NCBI GenBank assembly: GCA_038884975.1
Contig: JAWAAW010000003.1
Coordinates: 19,502-83,501, forward strand
From: Candidatus Woesearchaeota archaeon
GTDB lineage: Archaea > Nanobdellota > Nanobdellia > Woesearchaeales > ARS49
DNA: 64,000 nucleotides
Reading direction: 5' to 3'
Below, piece after piece: positions 21,508-30,620 of this stretch. Every line of letters begins with the position of its first letter. Position 1 is the stretch's first letter. A model generated the notes under the pieces. It had not been told where the DNA came from, did not search any database, and was given only the letters and a program-made list of their open reading frames with translations. The translations under genes and the position numbers were made by a program.

Positions 21508-22442
21508 CCCTTTAAATCGTTTTCACTATTTTCATTACTATGCGCTATCATCTCGCCCAACAAGCCTGTAGAAAACAATTGCATTCCTACTATAACCAAA
21601 AGCAGAGCGAGAAATAAAAGGGGACGCAATATAATAATATGTTTTATTAACGAGAGATAAGCGAGCACAAGCCCAAGTAGTGTTCCGCTTGCAACGCTGA
21701 GAATTCCAACTGTCCCGAAAAAGTGCATTGGGCGATATTGGTATGTTACTAAATAACGTATTGTCAACAGGTCAAGGAATCCTTTAATAAGTCTTGAAAA
21801 TCCAAACTTGCTTTTGCCATATTTTCTTGCCCTGTGGTGTACTGGAATCTCGGTTACCTTGTAGCCTTTCCAGAAAACAAGGGAAGGAATATACCTGTGC
21901 AGTTCGCCGTAGACTTTCAGATTGTGGGTGACTTCTGCGCGGTATGCCTTGAAGCCGCAATTGGAATCATGCACGGGCACCTTTGTTATTGTGCGCACAA
22001 GCCAATTGAATATTTTTGAAGGAATGCGCTTACCAATCGGGTCGCGCCTCACTTTCTTCCAGCCTGAGACCAAGTCATACCCTTCAGTTATTTTGGCAAT
22101 AAACCTTGGGATCTCATTAGGGTCGTCTTGGAGGTCACCGTCCATTGTAAAGATTATGTCGCCTTTTGCTTCCCTGAAACCAAGATTTAGCGCTGCGGAC
22201 TTGCCAAGGTTCCTTCTGAACCTGAAAACACGCAAATGTTTATCATCATGTTCCATGCGTTCAAGAAGCTCTCCTGTGCCGTCCCTGCTTCCATCATCAA
22301 TGAAAATAATCTCATAAGAATGGCTTGCTTTTTGCAGGACACCACTAAGTTCGCGGTATAACAAAGGAATATTCTGGACTTCGTTGTATACTGGAATTAT
22401 GACTGAAATCACAATTGCCACCATAAAAAAATTAACCGACAT
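21483..22442 (-). CDS. GT2 polyprenyl/dolichyl-phosphate glycosyltransferase (GtrB/ArnC-like) with C-terminal TM helices
   Basis: VISVIIPVYNEVQNI...FIDDGSRDGT GT2 motifs and C-terminal TM helices. An alternative leaderless start is M7 at 22424 (TATA box at 22446-22453). Confidence 0.85.
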   Translation of the reverse strand: MSVNFFMVAIVISVIIPVYNEVQNIPLLYRELSGVLQKASHSYEIIFIDDGSRDGTGELLERMEHDDKHLRVFRFRRNLGKSAALNLGFREAKGDIIFTMDGDLQDDPNEIPRFIAKITEGYDLVSGWKKVRRDPIGKRIPSKIFNWLVRTITKVPVHDSNCGFKAYRAEVTHNLKVYGELHRYIPSLVFWKGYKVTEIPVHHRARKYGKSKFGFSRLIKGFLDLLTIRYLVTYQYRPMHFFGTVGILSVASGTLLGLVLAYLSLIKHIIILRPLLFLALLLVIVGMQLFSTGLLGEMIAHSNENSENDLKGCLIPSRK

Positions 22443-22466
22443 TAGTTTATAAAGGTTGTGCAGTAA

Positions 22467-24059
22467 CTAGTTGCATTCCTGTTTCCACGAGAGCATCTCC
22501 TGCTTGAAAAACAAGTCGTCACTCTTCATAATGTCGTAAGGGGTTATGTTTCCATTTGGATTTCCCTTATAAATATTTAGTATTGGAACACCGTCTGCAA
22601 ATACTGTATAAATCGGCTGGGTGGGAAAAGCATTTAATGTCAATACGTAATTGCCCCCCTCCCCTGTAACGACGTTTAGATCTTTTCTTACATAGTAAAT
22701 TGCGAGGTGTGGGGCTTCAACAACATTTACTGTTGCATTTTTCTCCGCATTTTTGTTTAGCCATTCGATGCCTGCCTTTATAGGCTCTCCCCAATAGCTA
22801 ACCCTGAATTTACCCACAGCACCCTGTGTTCCACCAACAAGCGCGTTATGATAACTGCTCTCGTACGGGTGAAGGCGTGCCATTGCGTTTAATGTGGGCC
22901 AGAGCAGCAGGAGCAGGATGATGCCAAATGCAACCTGCGACTTGACCGGAGAAAGCCGGTTTTTCGCAAAACCATGGAATACCCTGAAGCAGAACCATGC
23001 ACCTATGCCTGCAAGGATTGCGAGCGCAGGAACCACTTCAAAGAACTGACGTATACCATCGTAAACCAATCCTGAAAAACTAATCTTGAGCGTGGCAACC
23101 AAAAACCACACAAGCACAAGCGCTGATGCGCGGTTTTTCAATGAGGCAGTGTCCTTGCATGCTATAAAAAACCCGATTGCAGCCATTATGAGCATGATTA
23201 GCGGAGTGACAACCGCAAGATAGCCGAAGGGATAATGCCAGGGCACATTGACTCCTGACTGATAACCTTGGCCAAAGTAAAATACTACAAAGCCAAGAGC
23301 AACAGTTGAGAATGTCTTAAGAATTCCTTGAATGTGCGCAATCGTGCTGTGCCACAGCCATGGCCACGCAATAATCGTTACTGGAATTGCAATCAGAAAG
23401 CTTGCTAACAAGTCCCAGCGCTTGGAAATAACCAGCTTTCCGTTCTTGCGCCATGAATCACGGAATGCAATAACCCACCACAATACAATTGTTATGGGAA
23501 TGAATGCTGCATTGATTTTTGTTGCACCTGCTAAACCAAGCACAATTCCTGCGCCAATTGACCATTTCCAGCTTTTCCGCAGAGTTGCTTCGTAAAACAA
23601 AATGATTGCGATTGTGTAAAGCCCCGCCATTGGGACATCCTTAACATTGAAATGAGCATGGGCAAAGAAATGTGGGTAAATTAAAAGGAACAATGCACTT
23701 GAAATTGCAACAAAAAGATTGTAGTTTCTAAGAGTGAAAAGATAAACCACAAGAACGGCAAGGGCAGCGAGTAATGCTACAGGTATGCGGTGCGCAGTAA
23801 TTGGGTCGGTCCAGCCAAGATTCTTGCTGAAAACTATGTACGAATACGCTCCAAGGATATCTACGAATGGGCCGTAATTTGCCACATTTGAAATGTTTCC
23901 AACCACAAGCGGCTTTCCGCTGAAATAATTTGCGTACGCTATTCCTGAAGTGTACTGTATCGGCTCATCCCACGTGATTCCATAATCAGGAATCTGGACA
24001 ATAAGGAACAAAAAGTAAGCAATGCTGATTACAATACCTAGCAGTGTCTCTTTTTTCAT
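22467..24059 (-). CDS. GT-C-like polytopic membrane glycosyltransferase (ArnT/PMT-like)
   Basis: 530 aa. The first loop has YGITWDEP (a DE motif). Multi-TM with a C-terminal soluble domain. Confidence 0.65.
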   Translation of the reverse strand: MKKETLLGIVISIAYFLFLIVQIPDYGITWDEPIQYTSGIAYANYFSGKPLVVGNISNVANYGPFVDILGAYSYIVFSKNLGWTDPITAHRIPVALLAALAVLVVYLFTLRNYNLFVAISSALFLLIYPHFFAHAHFNVKDVPMAGLYTIAIILFYEATLRKSWKWSIGAGIVLGLAGATKINAAFIPITIVLWWVIAFRDSWRKNGKLVISKRWDLLASFLIAIPVTIIAWPWLWHSTIAHIQGILKTFSTVALGFVVFYFGQGYQSGVNVPWHYPFGYLAVVTPLIMLIMAAIGFFIACKDTASLKNRASALVLVWFLVATLKISFSGLVYDGIRQFFEVVPALAILAGIGAWFCFRVFHGFAKNRLSPVKSQVAFGIILLLLLWPTLNAMARLHPYESSYHNALVGGTQGAVGKFRVSYWGEPIKAGIEWLNKNAEKNATVNVVEAPHLAIYYVRKDLNVVTGEGGNYVLTLNAFPTQPIYTVFADGVPILNIYKGNPNGNITPYDIMKSDDLFFKQEMLSWKQECN

Positions 24060-25039
24060 TCTTGCAAGCGGATATATCCTTTGTCTTTATACCAACGCAC
24101 AGTTTCGCGCAAGGCGTCCTCAAGAGGCCGCACATTCAGTCCAAGCTCGCGCCATGCCTTCGAACAATTTACTGCAGAACCGCGCTTCATTGCATGGACC
24201 TGCGGCTTCAATAACGGGAACGGAATTTGAAGCAGCCCTGCAATTGGTGTTATTATTGTGCTTCCCAGATTAATCATCCATTTTGGCACATAAATTATTG
24301 GCTTATGGACATTTGCTACCTTATCAAGAAGTTTGAGGAATTCGCCAAGGCTCACTTCTTGACCGCCAAGGATGTATTTTTCACCAACTTTTCCATATTT
24401 CATTGCCAGAAAAGCGCCTCGTGCAACATCTTTGACATAAATGAGGTTCAGTCTTGTATCTGTGTAGCTTGCCAACCTTATTCTTGGCTGCAAATGCATT
24501 TTGAAGAATCCATTCATTGCATGCGCCCGAGGACCAAAAACAACAGTCGGCAGCACAATGGTGACAGGCAATCCTTTCTTGGCATATTCAAGCGCCACCT
24601 GTTCTCCAAGATATTTTGTGCGTGCATATGGGCCGTCAAAATTTCCACTATGAACTGCAGTTTCATCAACAACCCGTTCATCTTCCTTAATAGTCACTAT
24701 GCTGCTAAAATGGACCACTTTTTTGACATTGTTTTTCAGGGCGGCATTCATCACGTTTCTTGTCCCTTCTACGTTCACTTGGTGAAAGAATTCATTGGTG
24801 TATGTGGGATTGTTCATTGCCGCTGCAAGATGAAAGACAATTTCGCATCCCCGCATTGCCTTCTCAACCGAAGAAGCATCCCGAACATCGCCGCTGATGC
24901 GTGTTACTGGTAGTTTTTTTGCATTTCCGCGGTCATCATTGCTGTAGACAAAGCAAGTAACGTCATATCCCTGCTCGACCAGCAGTTCAGTAATGTGGCT
25001 GCCGATGAATCCATCAGCCCCTGTTACAAATACTTTCAT
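24056..25039 (-). CDS. NAD-dependent epimerase/dehydratase
   Basis: MKVFVTGADGFIGSHITELL Rossmann motif. This is the first gene of the 25.0-to-8.8-kb minus-strand array. Confidence 0.85.
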   Translation of the reverse strand: MKVFVTGADGFIGSHITELLVEQGYDVTCFVYSNDDRGNAKKLPVTRISGDVRDASSVEKAMRGCEIVFHLAAAMNNPTYTNEFFHQVNVEGTRNVMNAALKNNVKKVVHFSSIVTIKEDERVVDETAVHSGNFDGPYARTKYLGEQVALEYAKKGLPVTIVLPTVVFGPRAHAMNGFFKMHLQPRIRLASYTDTRLNLIYVKDVARGAFLAMKYGKVGEKYILGGQEVSLGEFLKLLDKVANVHKPIIYVPKWMINLGSTIITPIAGLLQIPFPLLKPQVHAMKRGSAVNCSKAWRELGLNVRPLEDALRETVRWYKDKGYIRLQE

Positions 25040-25132
25040 GTGATTATCTGCCTTTAAGCTCTTTTTATATTTTTGCTTTTAAAATTTCTTATAATAGGCA
25101 AATATTTAAACTTCATATTGCTGCACATTGGT

Positions 25133-27001
25133 ATGAAATTTCGTTTGGCGAATGCAATTTTTTTGTCATTAACTCTTCTTCTATTCCTTGTGTTTCTCAG
25201 CAGCTCTTTTGGCCGGCCAGGATATTTATCAATGTTTGGTGCCAAGGGTGAGCTTAGGCTGTGTTCTGAATATCTGCGCGAGGGGATAATCTTTCGGGAT
25301 CAGCCGTACTGTTGCCAAGGCGGCATAATAACCTATGCATTCGTGCTTGTGCTTCGCATGCTTGCCGGAGGAGCATTCTCAAACATTCTTTATTTCTGCG
25401 TTGTACTGCTGCTCAACCTGCACGCACTTTTTCTGCTTCTTAGGATTATCCAGCACGAGACCGGCAAGACCGAGTATTTTCTCACAGGAATTTTTTACTT
25501 GTTGACAATTTACATTTTTGGCGGCAACATCACCACTTTTTTGACAGCATATTTCAGTATAACTGGTTTTTATGTACTTTGGCACTCAAAGCTAAAGTAT
25601 AGAGATATCTTGGGTCCTGTGCTGTATGCGTGCGCCTTGTTTTCTAAGGCGACAGCAATGCCTGTTGTATCATTTCTTGCAGGTCATATGGTGTTCATGG
25701 CATTTCAGCCGCATATTGAATCAAGAAAAATTGTGTTCAAAAAAGACTGGCGCAGCGCAGGCGTTCGCTTGCTCAGCTTTGGAGTGATTCTTGCACTTGT
25801 GTTCCTGCTATTTCCGGGAAGCTGGGTATATGAATTCGGCAACCAAGGCAGCCGCTTGCAGGAAAGCGTGCAAGTACAGTTACAGCAATTGCTTGACAGC
25901 CTTGTCCTTAATTCAGGAACAATGTTCTTTGGGCTTATTTTCTTGCTTTCTGTCATTGCCTTTTTTTTCCTACGCGATGTGTATTCAGCTGCTACAGTAT
26001 TTTCCATTGCTGTGCTCTTCTGGGTGTTGTTCGGCCAACGCGGGCTTGCGACTGACAATGGATTGATGTTTGCAATAAACCGCATAGACTACTATCTAGC
26101 ATCTTATCCTTTCTTTATTGTAGCTATGGCAAAGCTTAAGCACAAGCTCAATAACAAGATGCAATTGAAGTGGGGTGTTGGAATACTTCTTGCGCTGTTC
26201 TTGGCAACTACAATACAGTTTATTTCGGCTGACAGGGATATTCGTCTGATGGAGGAAAGATTCAAGAGTGCACTCTCGCTGATTCCTCCCCAAGAGGATT
26301 ATGTCTTGACTGAAGACCCCCTTGGAGATATTCTTATTGATAAGTATTATGACCCAAAAGCGAAGATTGATGTCATTCCACATTACAATGTGTGGAAAGA
26401 GGGAGTTCTTCCGGATGGCAATTTTTACCGCAAAATGGATGAACTTGGTGTCACTAATTCAAGCGCATGGATGCTTCCGCAGCCACAGCAAGAATGGAAT
26501 GTATTGTTCAGCAAATTGCTAAATGATACGTATTCGATTATTTTTATCAATGTCCCCCAGAAGATAACATTGATGCGAATGATTCAGAATGCGCCTAATG
26601 TTGCTAACTATTGTGTGGTTTTGCTTCCTGACCTGCAGTTCCATACACACGAAGGCGACGTGGCACTTATACTCTTATTCCAAGACAAAAAACGTTGCGA
26701 ACAAATGATGCCAAAAATCAAACAGTATTATGAAGCTTCTTTTGCTGACATTTGCAAAAGAAGCCCTGTAGTAGCAAACAATATTGTGAGGAATGTTCTT
26801 GGACAAGAGGGAATTACGCTTCCAGAATGCAAGGGAACAGCAGACTCTTTGCTGTTCTTTAACCGCAAAAGCGCAAGATTGAGGCTTTCATCAATCCTGT
26901 TGGCTGCACTGCTTACCTGGATTGTCTGGATTGGTAATATCCCAAGAATGCGTTTTTCCTCACCCGGAGAATCTCACAGAACATCCTCCAAGAATCCCTG
27001 A
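25133..27001 (+). CDS. Large polytopic membrane protein, possible GT-C-like glycosyltransferase
   Basis: About 620 aa, multi-TM with an approximately 250-aa C-terminal soluble domain. The ORF track start (25073) leaves only 33 bp of divergent spacer; M21 (25133) is preferred. Confidence 0.45.
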   Translation: MKFRLANAIFLSLTLLLFLVFLSSSFGRPGYLSMFGAKGELRLCSEYLREGIIFRDQPYCCQGGIITYAFVLVLRMLAGGAFSNILYFCVVLLLNLHALFLLLRIIQHETGKTEYFLTGIFYLLTIYIFGGNITTFLTAYFSITGFYVLWHSKLKYRDILGPVLYACALFSKATAMPVVSFLAGHMVFMAFQPHIESRKIVFKKDWRSAGVRLLSFGVILALVFLLFPGSWVYEFGNQGSRLQESVQVQLQQLLDSLVLNSGTMFFGLIFLLSVIAFFFLRDVYSAATVFSIAVLFWVLFGQRGLATDNGLMFAINRIDYYLASYPFFIVAMAKLKHKLNNKMQLKWGVGILLALFLATTIQFISADRDIRLMEERFKSALSLIPPQEDYVLTEDPLGDILIDKYYDPKAKIDVIPHYNVWKEGVLPDGNFYRKMDELGVTNSSAWMLPQPQQEWNVLFSKLLNDTYSIIFINVPQKITLMRMIQNAPNVANYCVVLLPDLQFHTHEGDVALILLFQDKKRCEQMMPKIKQYYEASFADICKRSPVVANNIVRNVLGQEGITLPECKGTADSLLFFNRKSARLRLSSILLAALLTWIVWIGNIPRMRFSSPGESHRTSSKNP

Positions 27002-27656
27002 AAAAGCGAAGCTTGCTTGCAGGGTCATTAGCCCATTCCACAGGAACCTCCTTTATCCTGTATCCACACTGGTAGGCAATGAACAGAATTTCCGCATCAA
27101 ATGCCCAACGCTCAAGGCGCTGCTTCGAGAAAACATCTTTTGCAACTTTTTTGCTGAACAGCTTAAACCCGCACTGTGTATCCTTGATAGGCAACGCGAG
27201 AAGAACGCGGACAACAAACGGAAATGTTTTGCCTGCAAGCTGGCGGAACTTTGGCTGCTTTATTGTAATCTGAGACTGTGCAAGGTTTCTTGAGCCGATT
27301 ATTATGTCATAATCCTTCATGTACTTCAGGAATTTGTCAAATTCGCGCATTGGGGCTGACATGTCTGCATCAGTGAACAGCAGCCAGTCGCCTTTTGCAC
27401 TCAGCATTCCCTGCCTGACCGAGTAGCCTTTGCCGCGGTTTGGGCCGTGTTCAAGCAGCTTTATGCGTCTGTTGTTCTTCATTGCGGCTTTCACAATATT
27501 TTTTGTTCTGTCCCTGCTACCATCATCAACAACAAGAATTTCATAATCCCAATTCTTACGCTTTAGATAATTTTGAACTTGCTTAAGCGCATTGGGAAGG
27601 CGCTTCTCCTCATTGTATGCCGGAATAACCACCGAGATTTTCATTGCTTCCTCCAC
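26913..27656 (-). CDS. Glycosyltransferase family 2 (dolichyl-phosphate sugar synthase-like)
   Basis: MKISVVIPAYNEEKRLPNAL...ILVVDDGSRDRT. Its 3' end overlaps the convergent gene at 25133..27001 by 89 nt. Confidence 0.85.
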   Translation of the reverse strand: MEEAMKISVVIPAYNEEKRLPNALKQVQNYLKRKNWDYEILVVDDGSRDRTKNIVKAAMKNNRRIKLLEHGPNRGKGYSVRQGMLSAKGDWLLFTDADMSAPMREFDKFLKYMKDYDIIIGSRNLAQSQITIKQPKFRQLAGKTFPFVVRVLLALPIKDTQCGFKLFSKKVAKDVFSKQRLERWAFDAEILFIAYQCGYRIKEVPVEWANDPASKLRFFRDSWRMFCEILRVRKNAFLGYYQSRQSR

Positions 27657-27967
27657 AGCACAACAAGGCCGATGATTCCCAATGCATAGCCGAGCACAGG
27701 CCTGATTGAAGGAATGCCTATCAGGCTTGGGAAATAAAGTATCAGGGCAACAATGCTTGAGCCAAGGAAGAATCCGATAATTATTTTTTCAAGCTCGTGC
27801 AGGTCAGGCATCAGCAAGTGCACCAACGCAACACCGGGCAGTAGCCAGATTCCAGCCAATGTTAGCGTCAGCCTGAGCGCATCGCCTGCAGAGCGCGTGA
27901 AATACATCATTAGCGCCAGAATCAATATGACCGTTCCGAAAATGTATTTCAAGAGCTTCATATGCAC
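27641..27967 (-). CDS. Small 3-4 TM membrane protein (paralogue of 30228..30620)
   Basis: 108 aa and hydrophobic. Shares W..LPG.AL, IIG and ILWRK/ILWWK blocks with 30228..30620. Sits between a GT-C-like gene and a GT2 gene. Confidence 0.5.
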   Translation of the reverse strand: MHMKLLKYIFGTVILILALMMYFTRSAGDALRLTLTLAGIWLLPGVALVHLLMPDLHELEKIIIGFFLGSSIVALILYFPSLIGIPSIRPVLGYALGIIGLVVLWRKQ

Positions 27968-29568
27968 CCCCCCTGATGCGCATTCTTCAGGATAACCATT
28001 TGCGGAGTGTTGTACACGACTGATGCATTCTTGGCAAGCAGGTTTTGCAATATCTGATTGAATACTGCAAGACTTTCCTGCGTTGATGGCCTGAATGCAA
28101 AATAATCAAATGTGCAGATATCACGCGTGTGATCTCCAAGAGCCCCGCGCTTTCTATAATTCAGGAAGCCCTTGCGGTATATGCGTTCATCGGTGTAGCC
28201 GACAATCTGTATGCGCAATGGTGTGTTGTTCTTGTTTGCTATTTGAAGGAGCTGCTCCGCCCCATCCTGCTCCCAGAATGCTGCCTGCGCAGAAACCCTG
28301 TGCGAGGAAGTGCTCTCCAATTGGTTGCAGCCAAAGCAAAGCAGTGTTGCGTTTTCAGGGGTGTTCTGGCGAATCCAGAGAAAGCCTTTGTAAATGTCCT
28401 CTGTATACAATGAGCCGCCCAATCCCTGGACATTACTTGCGGCATATGCCTGTCCAGCAATAACCAATGCGATCATGCAACCAAAAAAGACCTGCTTGCT
28501 TACCGGCACAAAGCGGCGCACAACATTCGCAACACTATATAGACCGATTGCCACAAGTGGATATGCTACTATGAAAAAAATCGGCCTGCCACGTATCGCA
28601 ACATAATACGTCCCAATGCCGAACTTGGCAAGGATGAAGATAATCAGGACATATGCGAAGAAAGCATAATTTAGCAGGCGGTATTCTTTGTTTTTCCAAG
28701 TAACTATCAATGCAATCAGTACAAGCACCCAAAGAACCGGGCTGAGTACGTTTGTAAGGAAGATCTGAGGCTCGTGGCTAGGTGGGCTTAGTTCACCTTT
28801 CTGTATAAATGTGGCGCCCTGATGCCCCTGCAGGTAATTAAAGAATAATGGCGGCAGATATGGAAGGCACATCAGCACAGCTAATGCTCCTGCAACGACA
28901 AGACGCTTCCATCCAACGTTCTTCAACTCAAAGAAAACTAAATATGAACTAACAACCGCTCCTGAAACAATTGCCTCGCTGGCGTGCATGTTAAATTGCG
29001 ACACTAGCGCAAAAACAAGCAACAACGCATTAGGCCATGATGGCTTTTTGATGAGCTCATAAGTGAAGAGGAGTATCATTGGGAAATAAAGGGTTGTAGA
29101 AAATGTTGCATACATCCCAATATTTATTTGATAATGAAAGAATTTCTCCAGTGGGAAAACCAGCAGTCCTGCAGCCAGAAGCCCAAGAATCCTGTTCTGG
29201 AAGACGCGTGAGAACAGCACAAAGAAACACAATGCACTGCCGATTGAAGCAAGCACTGCATTTAAATAAAATACGTCAAAAACTTTTAGTCCTGATGCGC
29301 CAGCAACCATTGCAGCAAGAATCAAGTTTAGTGGAGGTTGAGTGGTAAGAAGGTCTTTCTCGCCAGTAAACCATGGAGGCATAAACTTTACACTGCCAGA
29401 CTCAAGAACATATTCTGCCTCGCTAAGCCTTGAGTTTGGGTCTCCTGCATTTATTGTTACGGGATAATCGTGGACAATTTTTCCTTCATAAGGAGCGTAC
29501 CTTGCAAAAAAACCAATGCAAACTATTGCAATAATCGCAATGATTGTGAATAATTCTTCCCGTTCCAT
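27958..29568 (-). CDS. GT-C-like polytopic membrane protein (paralogue of 30595..32226)
   Basis: 536 aa, multi-TM. The C-terminus (...QMVILKNAHQGGCI) and internal blocks (YKGFLWIRQNTPE) align with the protein at 30595..32226. Confidence 0.55.
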   Translation of the reverse strand: MEREELFTIIAIIAIVCIGFFARYAPYEGKIVHDYPVTINAGDPNSRLSEAEYVLESGSVKFMPPWFTGEKDLLTTQPPLNLILAAMVAGASGLKVFDVFYLNAVLASIGSALCFFVLFSRVFQNRILGLLAAGLLVFPLEKFFHYQINIGMYATFSTTLYFPMILLFTYELIKKPSWPNALLLVFALVSQFNMHASEAIVSGAVVSSYLVFFELKNVGWKRLVVAGALAVLMCLPYLPPLFFNYLQGHQGATFIQKGELSPPSHEPQIFLTNVLSPVLWVLVLIALIVTWKNKEYRLLNYAFFAYVLIIFILAKFGIGTYYVAIRGRPIFFIVAYPLVAIGLYSVANVVRRFVPVSKQVFFGCMIALVIAGQAYAASNVQGLGGSLYTEDIYKGFLWIRQNTPENATLLCFGCNQLESTSSHRVSAQAAFWEQDGAEQLLQIANKNNTPLRIQIVGYTDERIYRKGFLNYRKRGALGDHTRDICTFDYFAFRPSTQESLAVFNQILQNLLAKNASVVYNTPQMVILKNAHQGGCI

Positions 29569-29569
29569 C

Positions 29570-30262
29570 TTAATCCTTAAAACGACATTTTATGAGGCAA
29601 TACAATGCCTTTATTCCATCGCGCCAATTAATTTTTTTGCCCTCATTCCACTTTCTTGGGCAATAAACGATTGGAACTTCAATTATTCTAAAGCCTTTCT
29701 TAAGTATTTTTGCTGTTATTTCAGGCTCTATTTCAAACCTGTTTGCCTTTAAGTTCAGTTTTTGTAAGACTTCCTTCGTGAACATCTTGTAGCAAGTTTC
29801 CATATCACTTACCCACTGGCCATAAAGCAGTGTTGTGACAAGTGAAAGAAACCTGTTACCAACATAATGCGTTGGAATTGCAACTGCCTGATAGCTAAAA
29901 GGCCTTCCCTTGAACCTTGAGCCATAAACCACATTTGCTTTGCCCTCAAGAATTGGCTTAAGCAGTTTTGCAAATTCGTTGGGATCATACTCAAGATCAG
30001 CATCCTGTATCGTGATTATGTCACCTGTTGCGTGCTCAAAACCAGTGCGCAATGCAGCACCCTTCCCCCTGTTTCTCGTATGATACAAAATCCTGACACC
30101 TTTCAGCTTTTGCAGGACGTCTCTTGTTCCATCTGTAGAGAAATCATCAACAATAATTATTTCTTTCTCAACAGGCAGTCTTGCGTCCTGCACGCGCTTC
30201 ACGATTTTGCCGACTGTTTTAACTTCGTTATACACCGGAATGATTATTGTCAGTTTTTTCAC
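29570..30262 (-). CDS. Glycosyltransferase family 2
   Basis: MKKLTIIIPVYNEVKTV...IIVDDFSTDGT. Confidence 0.85.
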   Translation of the reverse strand: MKKLTIIIPVYNEVKTVGKIVKRVQDARLPVEKEIIIVDDFSTDGTRDVLQKLKGVRILYHTRNRGKGAALRTGFEHATGDIITIQDADLEYDPNEFAKLLKPILEGKANVVYGSRFKGRPFSYQAVAIPTHYVGNRFLSLVTTLLYGQWVSDMETCYKMFTKEVLQKLNLKANRFEIEPEITAKILKKGFRIIEVPIVYCPRKWNEGKKINWRDGIKALYCLIKCRFKD

Positions 30263-30620
30263 TTTTCCACCACAGTATTATTCCAATAATTATGCTGAAT
30301 AATGGCAATATAAATCCATGCGTTGCCACGTGCCAGCCGAGCAAACCTGCATAATAACTTGCAAGACCAAACACAGCTGCCTGCACTGACACACCGATTA
30401 TAAACCTTTCCACAAACCCTTGCTTGGAACACAATGACAAAGCATAGCCGGGCAGGACAAACATCCAATAAACACTGGCAGTTGTGCGCAGCAGGGTTAC
30501 GACGGCGGTGTTCTGGAATGCAATAATGAATACAATAACCAGCGCAACATACCCAAGTGCAAGCCATTTCAGTTCTTTTATGATTTCTTTTTTGTCAGGC
30601 AATACACTCACCCCCGACAT
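30228..30620 (-). CDS. Small 4-TM membrane protein (paralogue of 27641..27967)
   Basis: 130 aa with four hydrophobic segments and blocks conserved with 27641..27967. Overlaps both neighbours. Confidence 0.5.
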   Translation of the reverse strand: MSGVSVLPDKKEIIKELKWLALGYVALVIVFIIAFQNTAVVTLLRTTASVYWMFVLPGYALSLCSKQGFVERFIIGVSVQAAVFGLASYYAGLLGWHVATHGFILPLFSIIIGIILWWKSEKTDNNHSGV

